From positions 71,218 to 135,217 of the forward strand of contig JBHPFN010000001.1 in NCBI GenBank assembly GCA_042571725.1: a stretch of DNA of 64,000 nt, given 5' to 3'. A program made the translations under genes and the position numbers. This document shows positions 17,864-26,797 of this stretch, piece after piece (within the stretch, counting starts at the first letter, position 1; each line of letters begins with the position of its first letter). The notes beneath the pieces are model-generated. The model saw only the letters and a list, made by a program, of their open reading frames with translations. It had not been told where the DNA came from and did not search any database. This stretch comes from Candidatus Omnitrophota bacterium. GTDB taxonomy: Bacteria > Omnitrophota > Gorgyraeia > VGKH01 > JBHPFN01.

Positions 17864-19131
17864 CGCGTCCTCTTCTTTTTCTTTGATAAAATTCGAGCGG
17901 GAACCCCTCCCACGATTTCCTTATCCGCGACATTCTTATTCTTCGTCACTACGCTTCCAGCACCTGTAATGGCTTTCTTGCCTACTTTAATTGGTGCAAT
18001 CAAAACCGTATCAGAACCAACGAATGCATCGTCTTTAATAGATGTCTTATGTTTCTTCTTGCCGTCGAAATTAGCAGTAACCACTCCTGCGCCGATATTG
18101 ACTCTTTTACCAATAGCAGCGTCTCCTAAGTAGCTAAAATGTTTTGCCAGGCTATCGCTGTCGATTGAAGTTCTGATCAATTCTGTGAAATTACCTATGA
18201 TAACATTATCTTTTACCACGGTCTGAGGCCGCAAATGGCAGAAAGGACCAATTGAACAGTTTTTGCCGACAGTAACATCATCTTCGATTACGCTAAAGGG
18301 ATAAATTATTGTATCTTTTCCAATCGTTGCTCCGGGGGCAATATAGGTGGTGTGAGGATCAACTATCTCTATTCCATCCTGCATGAATTCTGCTATAATC
18401 CTCAGTCGCATAATCCGTGCAGCTTCCGCTAAATCATATCGAGAATTGATTCCCAGCGCCTCTTCTTTATTATCAACGCTTGCCGCTTCGATTTTTGCTT
18501 CTTCTTTTGACAAAAATGCTACTACGTCAGTAAGATAAAACTCTTTCTTTTGATTGTTAGGCTTAACCTTATTCAATGCCCATAAGAGTTTCTGGCATTT
18601 AAAACAGTAAACGCCGACACTAATTTCTTTTATTTGCTTTTCCTGATCAGTTGCATCTTTTTCCTCAACAATCGCAAGAACATCTCCCTTATAGCCCCGC
18701 ACGACCCTTCCATAGCCTCGGGCATTATCTACGGTAGCAGTTAATAACGTGCATGCCGCATCTGCTGCTTTATGCTGACGCACAACCTGAGAAATTGTCT
18801 CAGGGGACAATAAAGGATTATCAGCGTACAAGACTAACACATCACCTTGAAAACTCTTTAGTTTACTCGCCGCAGCCTTTACCGCATCAGCCGTACCTAA
18901 AAGCCGCTTTTGCTTGACTACTTTTACTTTTTTATCAAGGACCGCGCGCACTAATTTATCTTTATAGCCGACCACGACCGTCACGGGACGCAGCTTTGCA
19001 GCTTTCACTGTATCAAGGACAAAAGAAATCATGGGACGATGGCATATCTGATGCATCACCTTCGGCACATCTGATTTCATGCGCGTTCCCTTACCTGCAG
19101 CCAAAATTATAACCTGTATATCGTTTTTCAT
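17860..19131 (-). CDS. glmU: Bifunctional GlcNAc-1-phosphate uridyltransferase / glucosamine-1-phosphate acetyltransferase
   Basis: N-terminal LAAGKGTRM nucleotidyltransferase motif. C-terminal hexapeptide-repeat acetyltransferase domain. Confidence 0.8.
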   Translation of the reverse strand: MKNDIQVIILAAGKGTRMKSDVPKVMHQICHRPMISFVLDTVKAAKLRPVTVVVGYKDKLVRAVLDKKVKVVKQKRLLGTADAVKAAASKLKSFQGDVLVLYADNPLLSPETISQVVRQHKAADAACTLLTATVDNARGYGRVVRGYKGDVLAIVEEKDATDQEKQIKEISVGVYCFKCQKLLWALNKVKPNNQKKEFYLTDVVAFLSKEEAKIEAASVDNKEEALGINSRYDLAEAARIMRLRIIAEFMQDGIEIVDPHTTYIAPGATIGKDTIIYPFSVIEDDVTVGKNCSIGPFCHLRPQTVVKDNVIIGNFTELIRTSIDSDSLAKHFSYLGDAAIGKRVNIGAGVVTANFDGKKKHKTSIKDDAFVGSDTVLIAPIKVGKKAITGAGSVVTKNKNVADKEIVGGVPARILSKKKKRTR

Positions 19132-19150
19132 ATCTATTTAAATAAGAGAT

Positions 19151-19220
19151 TGCCCGGTGAGGACTCGAACCTCAAAAACGAGATCCAAATTCTCGTGTGT
19201 TGCCGATTACACCACCGGGC
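19151..19220 (-). tRNA. tRNA, probably Gln (anticodon TTG)
   Basis: Reverse complement GCCCGGT...ACCGGGCA forms a 7-bp acceptor stem. T-arm GAGGTTCGAGTCCTC. Anticodon stem CGAGA/TCTCG with loop ATTTGGA. The ORF-track 95-aa ORF 19172-19459 overlaps it and is spurious. Confidence 0.6.
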
Positions 19221-19232
19221 ATCTTAATTTCC

Positions 19233-19649
19233 TTAAAAATCGAAATTCCGATCGACCCCGGCAGATGTCGCAGCCCTTCCGGCTTCTTTCTCAAATGCCT
19301 CAAGTACCTTGCTCTGAAGATATTCCCTAAAAGACTGGGTAATAGGATGGGCAATATCTCTATGTTCTGACTGTGCTGACGATTCCTCCATGCCTGGCGA
19401 CCGTGCTGGCGCGGATAAGGCACCCCCGCACTGATTGCAGAATTTACTGCGTAATTCATTTCTGAAGGAACACTTCGGACATGAATATTTGAGCTTGCGC
19501 GAAGGCATGGCGATAAAACGACCGTTGCTTCCTTCTATAACCTTGATGTTTCTGACCACGAAGGCGTTATCGAAAGTTACGGTAACGTATGCCTTTAGCT
19601 TCTTATCAACCCCGTCTTTTAGAAAAACTCTGACCTCAGTAATCTCCAT
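19233..19649 (-). CDS. spoVG: SpoVG-family protein with an inserted Cys4 zinc-ribbon
   Basis: MEITEVRVFLKDG...FVVRNIKVIEGSNGRFIAMPSRK and RDIAHPI match SpoVG. About 45 aa inserted between them contain CPKC...CNQC. Confidence 0.75.
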   Translation of the reverse strand: MEITEVRVFLKDGVDKKLKAYVTVTFDNAFVVRNIKVIEGSNGRFIAMPSRKLKYSCPKCSFRNELRSKFCNQCGGALSAPARSPGMEESSAQSEHRDIAHPITQSFREYLQSKVLEAFEKEAGRAATSAGVDRNFDF

Positions 19650-19664
19650 TCAAGCATCCTCCTC

Positions 19665-20561
19665 TTAGTAAGTCCTCACTGCAAAGACCTGCCAGCTCTT
19701 GTGCGTTCTTTGAATTTTGCTCTTTAATGCTTCAGCCTCCTTTCTCGAATTGACTAATCCAAATACAGCAGGTCCGCTTCCGGATAAAGCATAAGTTTTA
19801 ACGCCATGACAAGCCATTGTTTCTTTAATCTTTGATATTGAAGGGCAAAGTCTTGCGGCTGGCTCTTCCAATGTATTCATCACGTATTTGTGCGCTAAAG
19901 TAAGGTTGTGTTTCCTTAATGCGTAAGTGAGCATATTAGCACTTTTTCTGCTCTTTGTCAACATCTTCGTGGCCTTGCCTTTTTTAGGCGATTTTTTTCT
20001 ATCTAGCGCTGTATAAATGGCTTTTGCGCTTAATGCAATCTTAGGAACAATTAAAATATGCCATAATGGATTTAATTTTGATATTTTTTTTAGCTGCTCG
20101 CCTCTACCCTTTCCAAGTGCGAAGCTGCTTTTAAGCGTAAAAAAAGGCACATCACTACCAATTCTCTCAGCAAGGCGCTGTATGCGCTTCTGAGTCAGGC
20201 CTAATCGCCAAAATCGATTAAGGCCTTCAAACACACAAGCAGCATTGCTTGAGCCACCTCCTAAACCGGCTGCAACAGGGATACGCTTTTGTATATGAAT
20301 ACGGATACCGTCTGATATAGAAAAATGCTCTTTGAGCAATTGAGCAGCTTGGTAGGCTATGTTTGCTCCGTTTTGAGGTATGCGATTACCGCTACTGGAT
20401 ACGGTTATATTCCCGCGGGACCTTTTTGAGAAACGAATAGTATCGAAGAGGTTAATCCGCTCAAAAATTGTATAGATATCGTGATAGCCATCACTGCGTT
20501 TTCTTATTACATCGAGATATAGATTGATTTTTGCCGGTGATTTGAGTGTAAGAGGTTTCAT
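19665..20561 (-). CDS. ispE: 4-diphosphocytidyl-2-C-methyl-D-erythritol kinase
   Basis: GHMP kinase motif. N-terminal PAKINLYLDV. Confidence 0.8.
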   Translation of the reverse strand: MKPLTLKSPAKINLYLDVIRKRSDGYHDIYTIFERINLFDTIRFSKRSRGNITVSSSGNRIPQNGANIAYQAAQLLKEHFSISDGIRIHIQKRIPVAAGLGGGSSNAACVFEGLNRFWRLGLTQKRIQRLAERIGSDVPFFTLKSSFALGKGRGEQLKKISKLNPLWHILIVPKIALSAKAIYTALDRKKSPKKGKATKMLTKSRKSANMLTYALRKHNLTLAHKYVMNTLEEPAARLCPSISKIKETMACHGVKTYALSGSGPAVFGLVNSRKEAEALKSKIQRTHKSWQVFAVRTY

Positions 20562-21500
20562 TTATACCCTGCACATCTGCTGCGAGAGAACTTTTTTTAC
20601 CTGTTTTGCAATATCGCGGGCAGTTAATTTGTATTCTTTGATTAAATCAGCCGGTGCACCTGATTGGCCAAACCGGTCTTTGACCCCGATTCGCAAAAGC
20701 CGCGTGGGACAATGCTCCAGCGCGATATCATCGACCGCAGAACCTAAGCCCCCTGCGATTGAGTGTTCTTCACAAACAACAATACCCTTCGTTTCCTTTG
20801 CTGCCTTAATTATCAGTTTTTCATCGAGCGGCCTTATGGTATGCATATTAATTACCCGCGCGCTGATTTTGTCTTTTTTTAGAATATCTGCTGCCTCCAA
20901 TGCGTGGTGAACCATAAGCCCACAGGCGATGATTGCTACATCCTTTCCACTGCGCAGCACGCACCCTTTTCCTAATTCAAATTTTTTCTTTCCTTCAAGA
21001 GTGGGAATTTTAGATCTACCGATTCTAACATAAAAAGGTCCTGGTGTATGATAGGCAGTAATCACTGCGTCTCTTGTCTCCGGCCCATCGCAGGGAACGA
21101 TAATTTTCATATTGGGTATTGCGCGCATGAGTGCTATGTCTTCTATCGCCTGATGGCTTGCTCCATCCTCTCCGACGGTAACCCCGGCGTGCGTAGCGAC
21201 GATTTTTACATTAAATTTGTTATAGCAAACGGTGTTTCTCACTTGGTCCCATGCACGGCCGGTTGCGAACATTGCAAAGCTCGAGATAAAAACAACCTTT
21301 CCGCAACTTGCCAGGCCCGCTGCGGTGGCTACCATATTCTGCTCTGCTACGCCGAAATTAAAAAATCTCTCGGGAAACTCTTTTGCAAATATTTTTGTGC
21401 GCGTTGAACCGGATAAATCCGCGTCAGCAACAACAACATTCTTGTGTTTCTTGCCTAACTCCACCAGTGTTTGACCATACACATCACGGGCATACAACAT
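20562..21500 (-). CDS. Transketolase, C-terminal (pyrimidine-binding) subunit
   Basis: Split transketolase. Matches the Pyr and C-terminal domains of transketolase. Confidence 0.85.
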   Translation of the reverse strand: MLYARDVYGQTLVELGKKHKNVVVADADLSGSTRTKIFAKEFPERFFNFGVAEQNMVATAAGLASCGKVVFISSFAMFATGRAWDQVRNTVCYNKFNVKIVATHAGVTVGEDGASHQAIEDIALMRAIPNMKIIVPCDGPETRDAVITAYHTPGPFYVRIGRSKIPTLEGKKKFELGKGCVLRSGKDVAIIACGLMVHHALEAADILKKDKISARVINMHTIRPLDEKLIIKAAKETKGIVVCEEHSIAGGLGSAVDDIALEHCPTRLLRIGVKDRFGQSGAPADLIKEYKLTARDIAKQVKKVLSQQMCRV

Positions 21501-21516
21501 ATGTCGTTCCTTTGTT

Positions 21517-22353
21517 TTACTGTAATTCTTTTAAGGCTTGGATCTCTTCTTCTTTGCTAGGGGCCCTGCCGTGGAAATCAACCACGTTTTCCATAAAAGA
21601 TACACCTTTACCCTTAACGGTATGCGCAATAATAATTGAGGGTTTTTCGTGAATACACTGCACTTGTTCGTAGGCATCTAAAATTTGAGTCATGTCGTGG
21701 CCGTCTATCTCAAGCGTATACCAGCCGAAGGCCTTCCATTTATCCGTAATCGGTTCCAGGTTCATAATATCGTCTACTTTTCCGTCGATCTGATACCGAT
21801 TGTAATCCAAAATTGCACAGAGGTTATCGCAACGATAGTGACTGGCAGCCATTGCCGCTTCCCAGATATTACCTTCTTGTATTTCTCCGTCTCCCATAAG
21901 ACAGTAGACGCGGTAATCTTTTTTATCAAGCCTTCCCGCAAGCGCCATACCTAATGCAACCGATAAGCCCTGTCCCAGCGAACCGCTTGCTGCATTAATC
22001 CCCGGGGTTCTTCTATCAGGATGACCCTGCAACATACTCCCTAACTGCCGTAAAGATCCTAATTCTTTCATGGGGAAAAATCCGCGGTTTGCTAATATCG
22101 CATACAACAACGGAGAGCAATGACCTTTTGAAAGGTGAAATCGATCTCGGTCAGGCCAATGCGGGTTTTTAGGATCATGACGCAACATCGCATAGTACAA
22201 ACAGGTAATCAAATCGGTTGAAGAAAGACTTCCTCCCGGATGACCCGAACCTGCCTTTGCTAACATTTTTATAATAAGCCGCCGGATTTCTTTTGCTGCT
22301 TCTTCTAATTCCTGGATTTTTTTCTTTGGATAGATTTTACACTCTCTGGCCAT
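21517..22353 (-). CDS. Transketolase, N-terminal (TPP-binding) subunit
   Basis: TPP-binding GDG...N motif region. Adjacent to the C-terminal subunit. Confidence 0.85.
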   Translation of the reverse strand: MARECKIYPKKKIQELEEAAKEIRRLIIKMLAKAGSGHPGGSLSSTDLITCLYYAMLRHDPKNPHWPDRDRFHLSKGHCSPLLYAILANRGFFPMKELGSLRQLGSMLQGHPDRRTPGINAASGSLGQGLSVALGMALAGRLDKKDYRVYCLMGDGEIQEGNIWEAAMAASHYRCDNLCAILDYNRYQIDGKVDDIMNLEPITDKWKAFGWYTLEIDGHDMTQILDAYEQVQCIHEKPSIIIAHTVKGKGVSFMENVVDFHGRAPSKEEEIQALKELQ

Positions 22354-23339
22354 TACTTTCCCTTTTTTAACGCATTTAATTTCTTCAGCACGGCTTCTTC
22401 TTCTGAGAGTTCAAGGGACTTCTGCCAATTCTCTTCTGCTTTTTGATTATCGCCTTTTTTTAAATAGGCATCACCCAAATGATCCAATATCACCGCATCT
22501 GCAAGCAGGCCTGCCGCTTCTTCTAATTTTTCAATCGCTTTATCGACTAAGCCTTTTTTATAATACGCCCACCCTAAACTATCAATGTATGCGCCGTTAT
22601 TGGGTTCTGTTTCTAGGGCCTTACTTATTAATTCTATGGCCTTATCAAGATCTATGTTGTTTTCGACATACAAGTATCCTAACGAATTAAGCGCAGGATG
22701 ATAGGAAGCATCAATTTCGAGAATTTGCTCAAATATCTTCATGGCTTCATCTTCTTTCTTCTGTTCTACGTAGATGGTGCCTACCATGAAAAGGGCGCTA
22801 ATATCTTTAGGGTCTTCTGCGACGACCTGCTGAAATTCTTTGAGTGCAGCCTCCAGGTTTCCTTCCTGAAAAGAAAGTTGTCCTAGATAAAAATGTATCT
22901 GGGTGTTCTCGGGATTCTGAGCCAGCGCGGTCTCAAGCATTGCCCTGTATTCGCTGGTTGCGCGGTCAAAGTCTTTAACCGAAGTGTACAACAAAGAAAG
23001 GAGAAATCGCACCTCCAAATCATCGGGGTCTAATGAGGCTGATTTTTTAAGTGCTTTAATCGCTTCTTCTGGCTTATTAAGCTTCGTATAGGAAATACCT
23101 AACCGTTTGTGGATAGAGGGGCTATTTGCATCGAATGTTGCAGCTTTCTTGTACTCTTCTAACGATTCCTGTGGTTCACCGAAATAATCAAGGAAAAGCC
23201 CCATTGCGTAATGGGCGTAGCCTAACGAGGCCCTCTTTCTATCGACGGGAACAGATGCCTGTAAAGACTCAGTGGCACAGAGAATTGTAATTAGAATTGT
23301 TGCAGCTTGCCACAGCTGACGATGTCTAAGAAGAAGCAT
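22353..23339 (-). CDS. Tetratricopeptide (TPR) repeat protein with signal peptide
   Basis: Multiple 34-aa repeats of the A..Y..LG.. type. Confidence 0.7.
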   Translation of the reverse strand: MLLLRHRQLWQAATILITILCATESLQASVPVDRKRASLGYAHYAMGLFLDYFGEPQESLEEYKKAATFDANSPSIHKRLGISYTKLNKPEEAIKALKKSASLDPDDLEVRFLLSLLYTSVKDFDRATSEYRAMLETALAQNPENTQIHFYLGQLSFQEGNLEAALKEFQQVVAEDPKDISALFMVGTIYVEQKKEDEAMKIFEQILEIDASYHPALNSLGYLYVENNIDLDKAIELISKALETEPNNGAYIDSLGWAYYKKGLVDKAIEKLEEAAGLLADAVILDHLGDAYLKKGDNQKAEENWQKSLELSEEEAVLKKLNALKKGK

Positions 23340-23340
23340 T

Positions 23341-23439
23341 TTACCAAGGTCTCTTTTTCTTATGTCTCAGTGACTTTCTTAGCTTTTTTCTTTTATGGGT
23401 TCGAATTTTTCTTCTTTTACGTTTTTTTCCGCACGGCAT
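23341..23439 (-). CDS. Candidate ribosomal protein bS22-like micro-protein (32 aa)
   Basis: Unannotated ORF MPCGKKRKRRKIRTHKRKKLRKSLRHKKKRPW. Composition and spacing resemble bS22 (roughly ...KKRRKRM.KKKHRKLL..TR.QRR..GK). SD GGAGA. One nucleotide upstream of the TPR gene start. Confidence 0.4.
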   Translation of the reverse strand: MPCGKKRKRRKIRTHKRKKLRKSLRHKKKRPW

Positions 23440-23462
23440 AGGGAATCTCCACTACCTTCACG

Positions 23463-24338
23463 TTAGTAAATTAACTTATTTAAAGAATATTCAATAATTC
23501 CTTGGGCGCCTGCTGCTTTAAGCTTCGGAATAATGGTTCGAACGATTTTCTCATCTATGACAATTTCTAATGCACACCAGCCTTCTTTGCTCAATGCTGA
23601 TATGGTAGGATTTTTCAATGCGGGCAATAACCCTACTACGCGGCTTAAGTTTTTGCTGGATACGTTCATCTTTAGCCCAACCATGTTTTCTGCCTGGATA
23701 GCACCCTGCAAAAGCATAGAAATCTGTGTAATCTTATTTTTCTTCCAGGAATTTTTTAAAGCCTCTTTGTTGGCGATAAGTTGAGTTGTCGAAGTGCAAA
23801 TAGTAGCTACTTCTCGCAATCGATTAGCCTTCAAGCTCCTGCCCGTTTCAGTAAGCTCAACCACCGCATCCACTAAGCCAATACCCACCTTTACCTCTGT
23901 GGCCCCCCAACTGAATTCAACATCGGCACGTACCTTATTCTTTTTTAAGAATTGCTTGGTGACATTCACCAGTTCCGTTGCAATGCGCTTGCCTTTAAGG
24001 TCCTTAATCCTTCTTATGGAGGAACCTTCCGGAACAGCCAACACCCATCTTACCGGCTGCATACTCTGTTTTGCATAGACTAAATCGGCTATTCTTATAA
24101 CGCGTGAGGCGTTTTCTTTAATCCAGTCTTCGCCGGTGATTCCGCAGTCCAAGACACCCTCTTCTACGTACCTAGACATCTCCTGAGCGCGTAAAAGCAC
24201 GGGCTCAATTTCCGGATCATCAACAGAAGGGTAGTAGGATCGGGAAGAAACCGAAATTTCAAACCCGGCGCGCTTTAAGATCTTTACCGTGGCCTCCTGA
24301 AGGCTTCCTTTTGGAATTCCTAATTTTAACTGTTTCAT
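23463..24338 (-). CDS. hisG: ATP phosphoribosyltransferase (long form)
   Basis: N-terminus MKQLKLGIPKGSL. Length 291 aa, so includes the C-terminal regulatory domain. Confidence 0.85.
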   Translation of the reverse strand: MKQLKLGIPKGSLQEATVKILKRAGFEISVSSRSYYPSVDDPEIEPVLLRAQEMSRYVEEGVLDCGITGEDWIKENASRVIRIADLVYAKQSMQPVRWVLAVPEGSSIRRIKDLKGKRIATELVNVTKQFLKKNKVRADVEFSWGATEVKVGIGLVDAVVELTETGRSLKANRLREVATICTSTTQLIANKEALKNSWKKNKITQISMLLQGAIQAENMVGLKMNVSSKNLSRVVGLLPALKNPTISALSKEGWCALEIVIDEKIVRTIIPKLKAAGAQGIIEYSLNKLIY

Positions 24339-24374
24339 AGACTAAGGTAGACTCCTTCCTCCTCTAAGAAAAGT

Positions 24375-24403
24375 ATTATACAGTTTAACAATTTTATTGT
24401 AAA
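24375..24403 (-). promoter_or_regulatory. Sigma70 promoter for hisG: -35 TTTACA (24398-24403), 17-nt spacer, -10 TATAAT (24375-24380)
   Basis: Read on the minus strand. An AGGAGGAAGGA RBS precedes the ATG at 24338. Confidence 0.45.
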
Positions 24404-24434
24404 GCAAAATAATTAATATCCAGCGTAAAAAAAC

Positions 24435-24463
24435 TTGTCAAAATTTCCTTCAGGAAGTATAAT
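24435..24463 (+). promoter_or_regulatory. Sigma70 promoter for the ppiD-like gene: -35 TTGTCA (24435-24440), 17-nt spacer, -10 TATAAT (24458-24463)
   Basis: Near-consensus hexamers. Divergent and back-to-back with the hisG promoter. Confidence 0.5.
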
Positions 24464-24505
24464 GAACAGACATATAACCCTTGTAAAAGAGAGGTAGCCG
24501 ATCCT

Positions 24506-25993
24506 ATGTTAAAAACATTCAGAAAAAAAGGGGTAGCAAAAAAGATTTTAATTGCCCTGGCGCTGATTATTGTCCCTGCCTTTGTGCTCTGGGGACCCAG
24601 TACCACCATACGGGATAGGAGTTCAGCGAATGTTGCGGGTTTGATCTCTGGTAAAAAGGTATCCATCGATGAGTATCGCGAAAACTTCTTAGCAACTCGC
24701 AATGAAGCAATCATCAAACTAGGCGAAAACTTCTTTAAGATGCAGAATGTCTTAGATTTAAACCGCGAGACCTGGGATAGGATCATTTTGCTTCGTGAAG
24801 CTAAGAGCAGAAAAATTAAAGTAAGCGATACCGAAGTACAAGATCGAATACGCAGTTACCCTTTCTTTCAAAAAAACGATCAATTCGATTACAAGCTCTA
24901 CGAGCAAATCCTCCAACACGGGTTTCGCACATCCTCTCTTGATTTTGAAGCCCAAACCAGGGATTCCGTAAAATTAGAAAAGCTGTATGCTCAAATTACC
25001 GAAGATATCTCGTTCAAACCGGACGAACTATGGGAAGCATATAAAAAAGAAAACGAGCAGATTAAAATCAGCTACATTCAAATCCTCCCCGATGATTTAA
25101 AGCAAGATGTTGCATTAACCGACGAAGAAATTCAATCCTATTTTGAAGAGCGCAAAGAAAATTTTAAAGAACCCTTGAAAGTAAACATCGAATACGTCGG
25201 CTTTGAATTTCCCGAGGAAGCAACAGATTCGCAAAAGGAAGAAATTATGCTAAAGTTTCAAGCCCTTGGCGAGGATGCACAACAAGAACCTGATTTTGAA
25301 ACCTTGAGCGAAAAACACGTTGCGACCTTTAAAGAGACTGATTTCTTTTCTCAGGAAGGACCGGTAAAAGGATTCGGCTGGAACTTTGAATTTATTGAAC
25401 TGGCGTTTCAGTTGCAAGAAAATCAGATCAGCCAACCGATTGAAACACCGAAAGGATATTATCTTTTGCGGTTAAAAGAAAAAAAAGAAGCACATCTTCC
25501 TGAACTCAAAGATGTAAAACAACGCATAGAAACAATCCTGCGTGACCGTAAAGCAAGGGAGCTGGCTGAGAAGAAAGCTGATGCCCATCATGCTCAACTG
25601 CAGGAACTTTTTGATGCTAGTCCGGAATCGTTTGACTTTAATAAATCCGCACAGACACTGAGCCTCGAGGTAAAACAGACGCCATTGTTTACGTATGGAA
25701 AATATGTACCTGACATCGGCGCTTCTGAGGAATTTTCCGAAACTGCCTTTGGATTACTCGAACCCGACAGCACGTTCGAGCTAACTCAAACGCAAAAAGG
25801 ATTTTATATCATTGCGCTCGATGAGCATATAAAGGCCGATGAAGAAACATTCTCCGAAGAAAAGGAACAATTTCAATCCCAATATCTGCAGAAGAAAAAA
25901 TATGATGAGTTTAATAAATTTTTCTTAGAATTAAAGCTCCGCGCGAAACTCCTCGATCATATCGGGGCTGCGGCGCGCACACCTTCACTCTAA
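24506..25993 (+). CDS. Periplasmic chaperone / peptidyl-prolyl isomerase, PpiD/SurA-like
   Basis: N-terminal TM anchor, SurA-N-like domain, parvulin-like segment. The only plus-strand gene in the window. Confidence 0.65.
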   Translation: MLKTFRKKGVAKKILIALALIIVPAFVLWGPSTTIRDRSSANVAGLISGKKVSIDEYRENFLATRNEAIIKLGENFFKMQNVLDLNRETWDRIILLREAKSRKIKVSDTEVQDRIRSYPFFQKNDQFDYKLYEQILQHGFRTSSLDFEAQTRDSVKLEKLYAQITEDISFKPDELWEAYKKENEQIKISYIQILPDDLKQDVALTDEEIQSYFEERKENFKEPLKVNIEYVGFEFPEEATDSQKEEIMLKFQALGEDAQQEPDFETLSEKHVATFKETDFFSQEGPVKGFGWNFEFIELAFQLQENQISQPIETPKGYYLLRLKEKKEAHLPELKDVKQRIETILRDRKARELAEKKADAHHAQLQELFDASPESFDFNKSAQTLSLEVKQTPLFTYGKYVPDIGASEEFSETAFGLLEPDSTFELTQTQKGFYIIALDEHIKADEETFSEEKEQFQSQYLQKKKYDEFNKFFLELKLRAKLLDHIGAAARTPSL

Positions 25994-26013
25994 CACTCCG
26001 ATTTCTTCAACAC

Positions 26014-26064
26014 ATAAAAAAACACTCTTTTGGCCAGATGCACTGCATCCAACCAAAAGAGTGT
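26014..26064 (-). terminator. Terminator (possibly bidirectional) between ppiD and the rubrerythrin-like gene
   Basis: Perfect 12-bp stem acactcttttgg/ccaaaagagtgt (26022-26033 pairs with 26053-26064) with a nested gatgca-c-tgcatc hairpin in the loop. Followed on the minus strand by 7 T. Confidence 0.55.
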
Positions 26065-26097
26065 CGGCGAAAGACCATGTGGTTATATGGTCGTATT

Positions 26098-26571
26098 CTA
26101 CAACGTGCCTTTAAGCTCTACTAATTTTCTTAAATGCTCTTTCTCTTCTTCAACTACTGTATCGATAAGAGCATGTTCTTTTTCAGGTACAAACTTCTTT
26201 ATCTCGCTAAAGAATATAATCGAATCTTTCTCAAAACCCATCCCGAGCTGAATAGCCTCTTGGTCAGAGATTGTTTTCTGAGCCATTTGCTTTATGGTTT
26301 CATCCTTGGTAAAGACGTTCTGCGAGGCCAGCGCTTCTAAATAAAGCTTGAACTCTCCGGGATACGCCTCCGCAGGATCAGAAGCTTCGGTTTGCTTAAG
26401 CATACCCTCAAATGTCTTCTGGTGCTTAATCTCCTCACCGGCTAAATACCCAAAGAGCTCTTGAACCGGGAAACTGCGGGATTTCTTTTTAACCTCAGAA
26501 AAAAACGCAAAGCCGTTCTTCTCAATCTGGATTGCAACTTGTAGTATTTCGTTTGCTTTAAAAATATTCAT
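26098..26571 (-). CDS. Ferritin-like / rubrerythrin-family protein (no rubredoxin domain)
   Basis: Paired E..H diiron-type helices (EEIKHQ, EEKEHL). 157 aa. Confidence 0.5.
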   Translation of the reverse strand: MNIFKANEILQVAIQIEKNGFAFFSEVKKKSRSFPVQELFGYLAGEEIKHQKTFEGMLKQTEASDPAEAYPGEFKLYLEALASQNVFTKDETIKQMAQKTISDQEAIQLGMGFEKDSIIFFSEIKKFVPEKEHALIDTVVEEEKEHLRKLVELKGTL

Positions 26572-26582
26572 GGGGTTTTCCC

Positions 26583-26765
26583 TTATTCAACCGTAATTGC
26601 GGTAACCGGACACTGCTCAGCTACCTCTTTTAAATCACATGAACCACATTCATGCTTAAGCACTTTAGCCATGCCGCTATCATCCACCTTAAACACATCA
26701 GGACATGCCTGCTCGCATACGCCGCAGCCAACGCAGGTCGCTTCATCAACTACTACTTTTGCCAT
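26583..26765 (-). CDS. 4Fe-4S ferredoxin
   Basis: CVGCGVCEQACP plus a second Cys motif. 60 aa. Confidence 0.75.
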   Translation of the reverse strand: MAKVVVDEATCVGCGVCEQACPDVFKVDDSGMAKVLKHECGSCDLKEVAEQCPVTAITVE

Positions 26766-26797
26766 CTTATTCCCTCCTTCTTATTTCGTTTATGCCC

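Noticed and set aside
19172-19459. 95-aa minus-strand ORF from the ORF track
   Set aside because: It overlaps the tRNA at 19151-19220 and the 3' end of spoVG in another frame, and has no motif. It is a shadow ORF.
24394-24786. 130-aa minus-strand ORF overlapping the start of the ppiD-like gene
   Set aside because: It runs antisense through the ppiD start and the divergent promoter region, has no RBS and is low-complexity. It is spurious.
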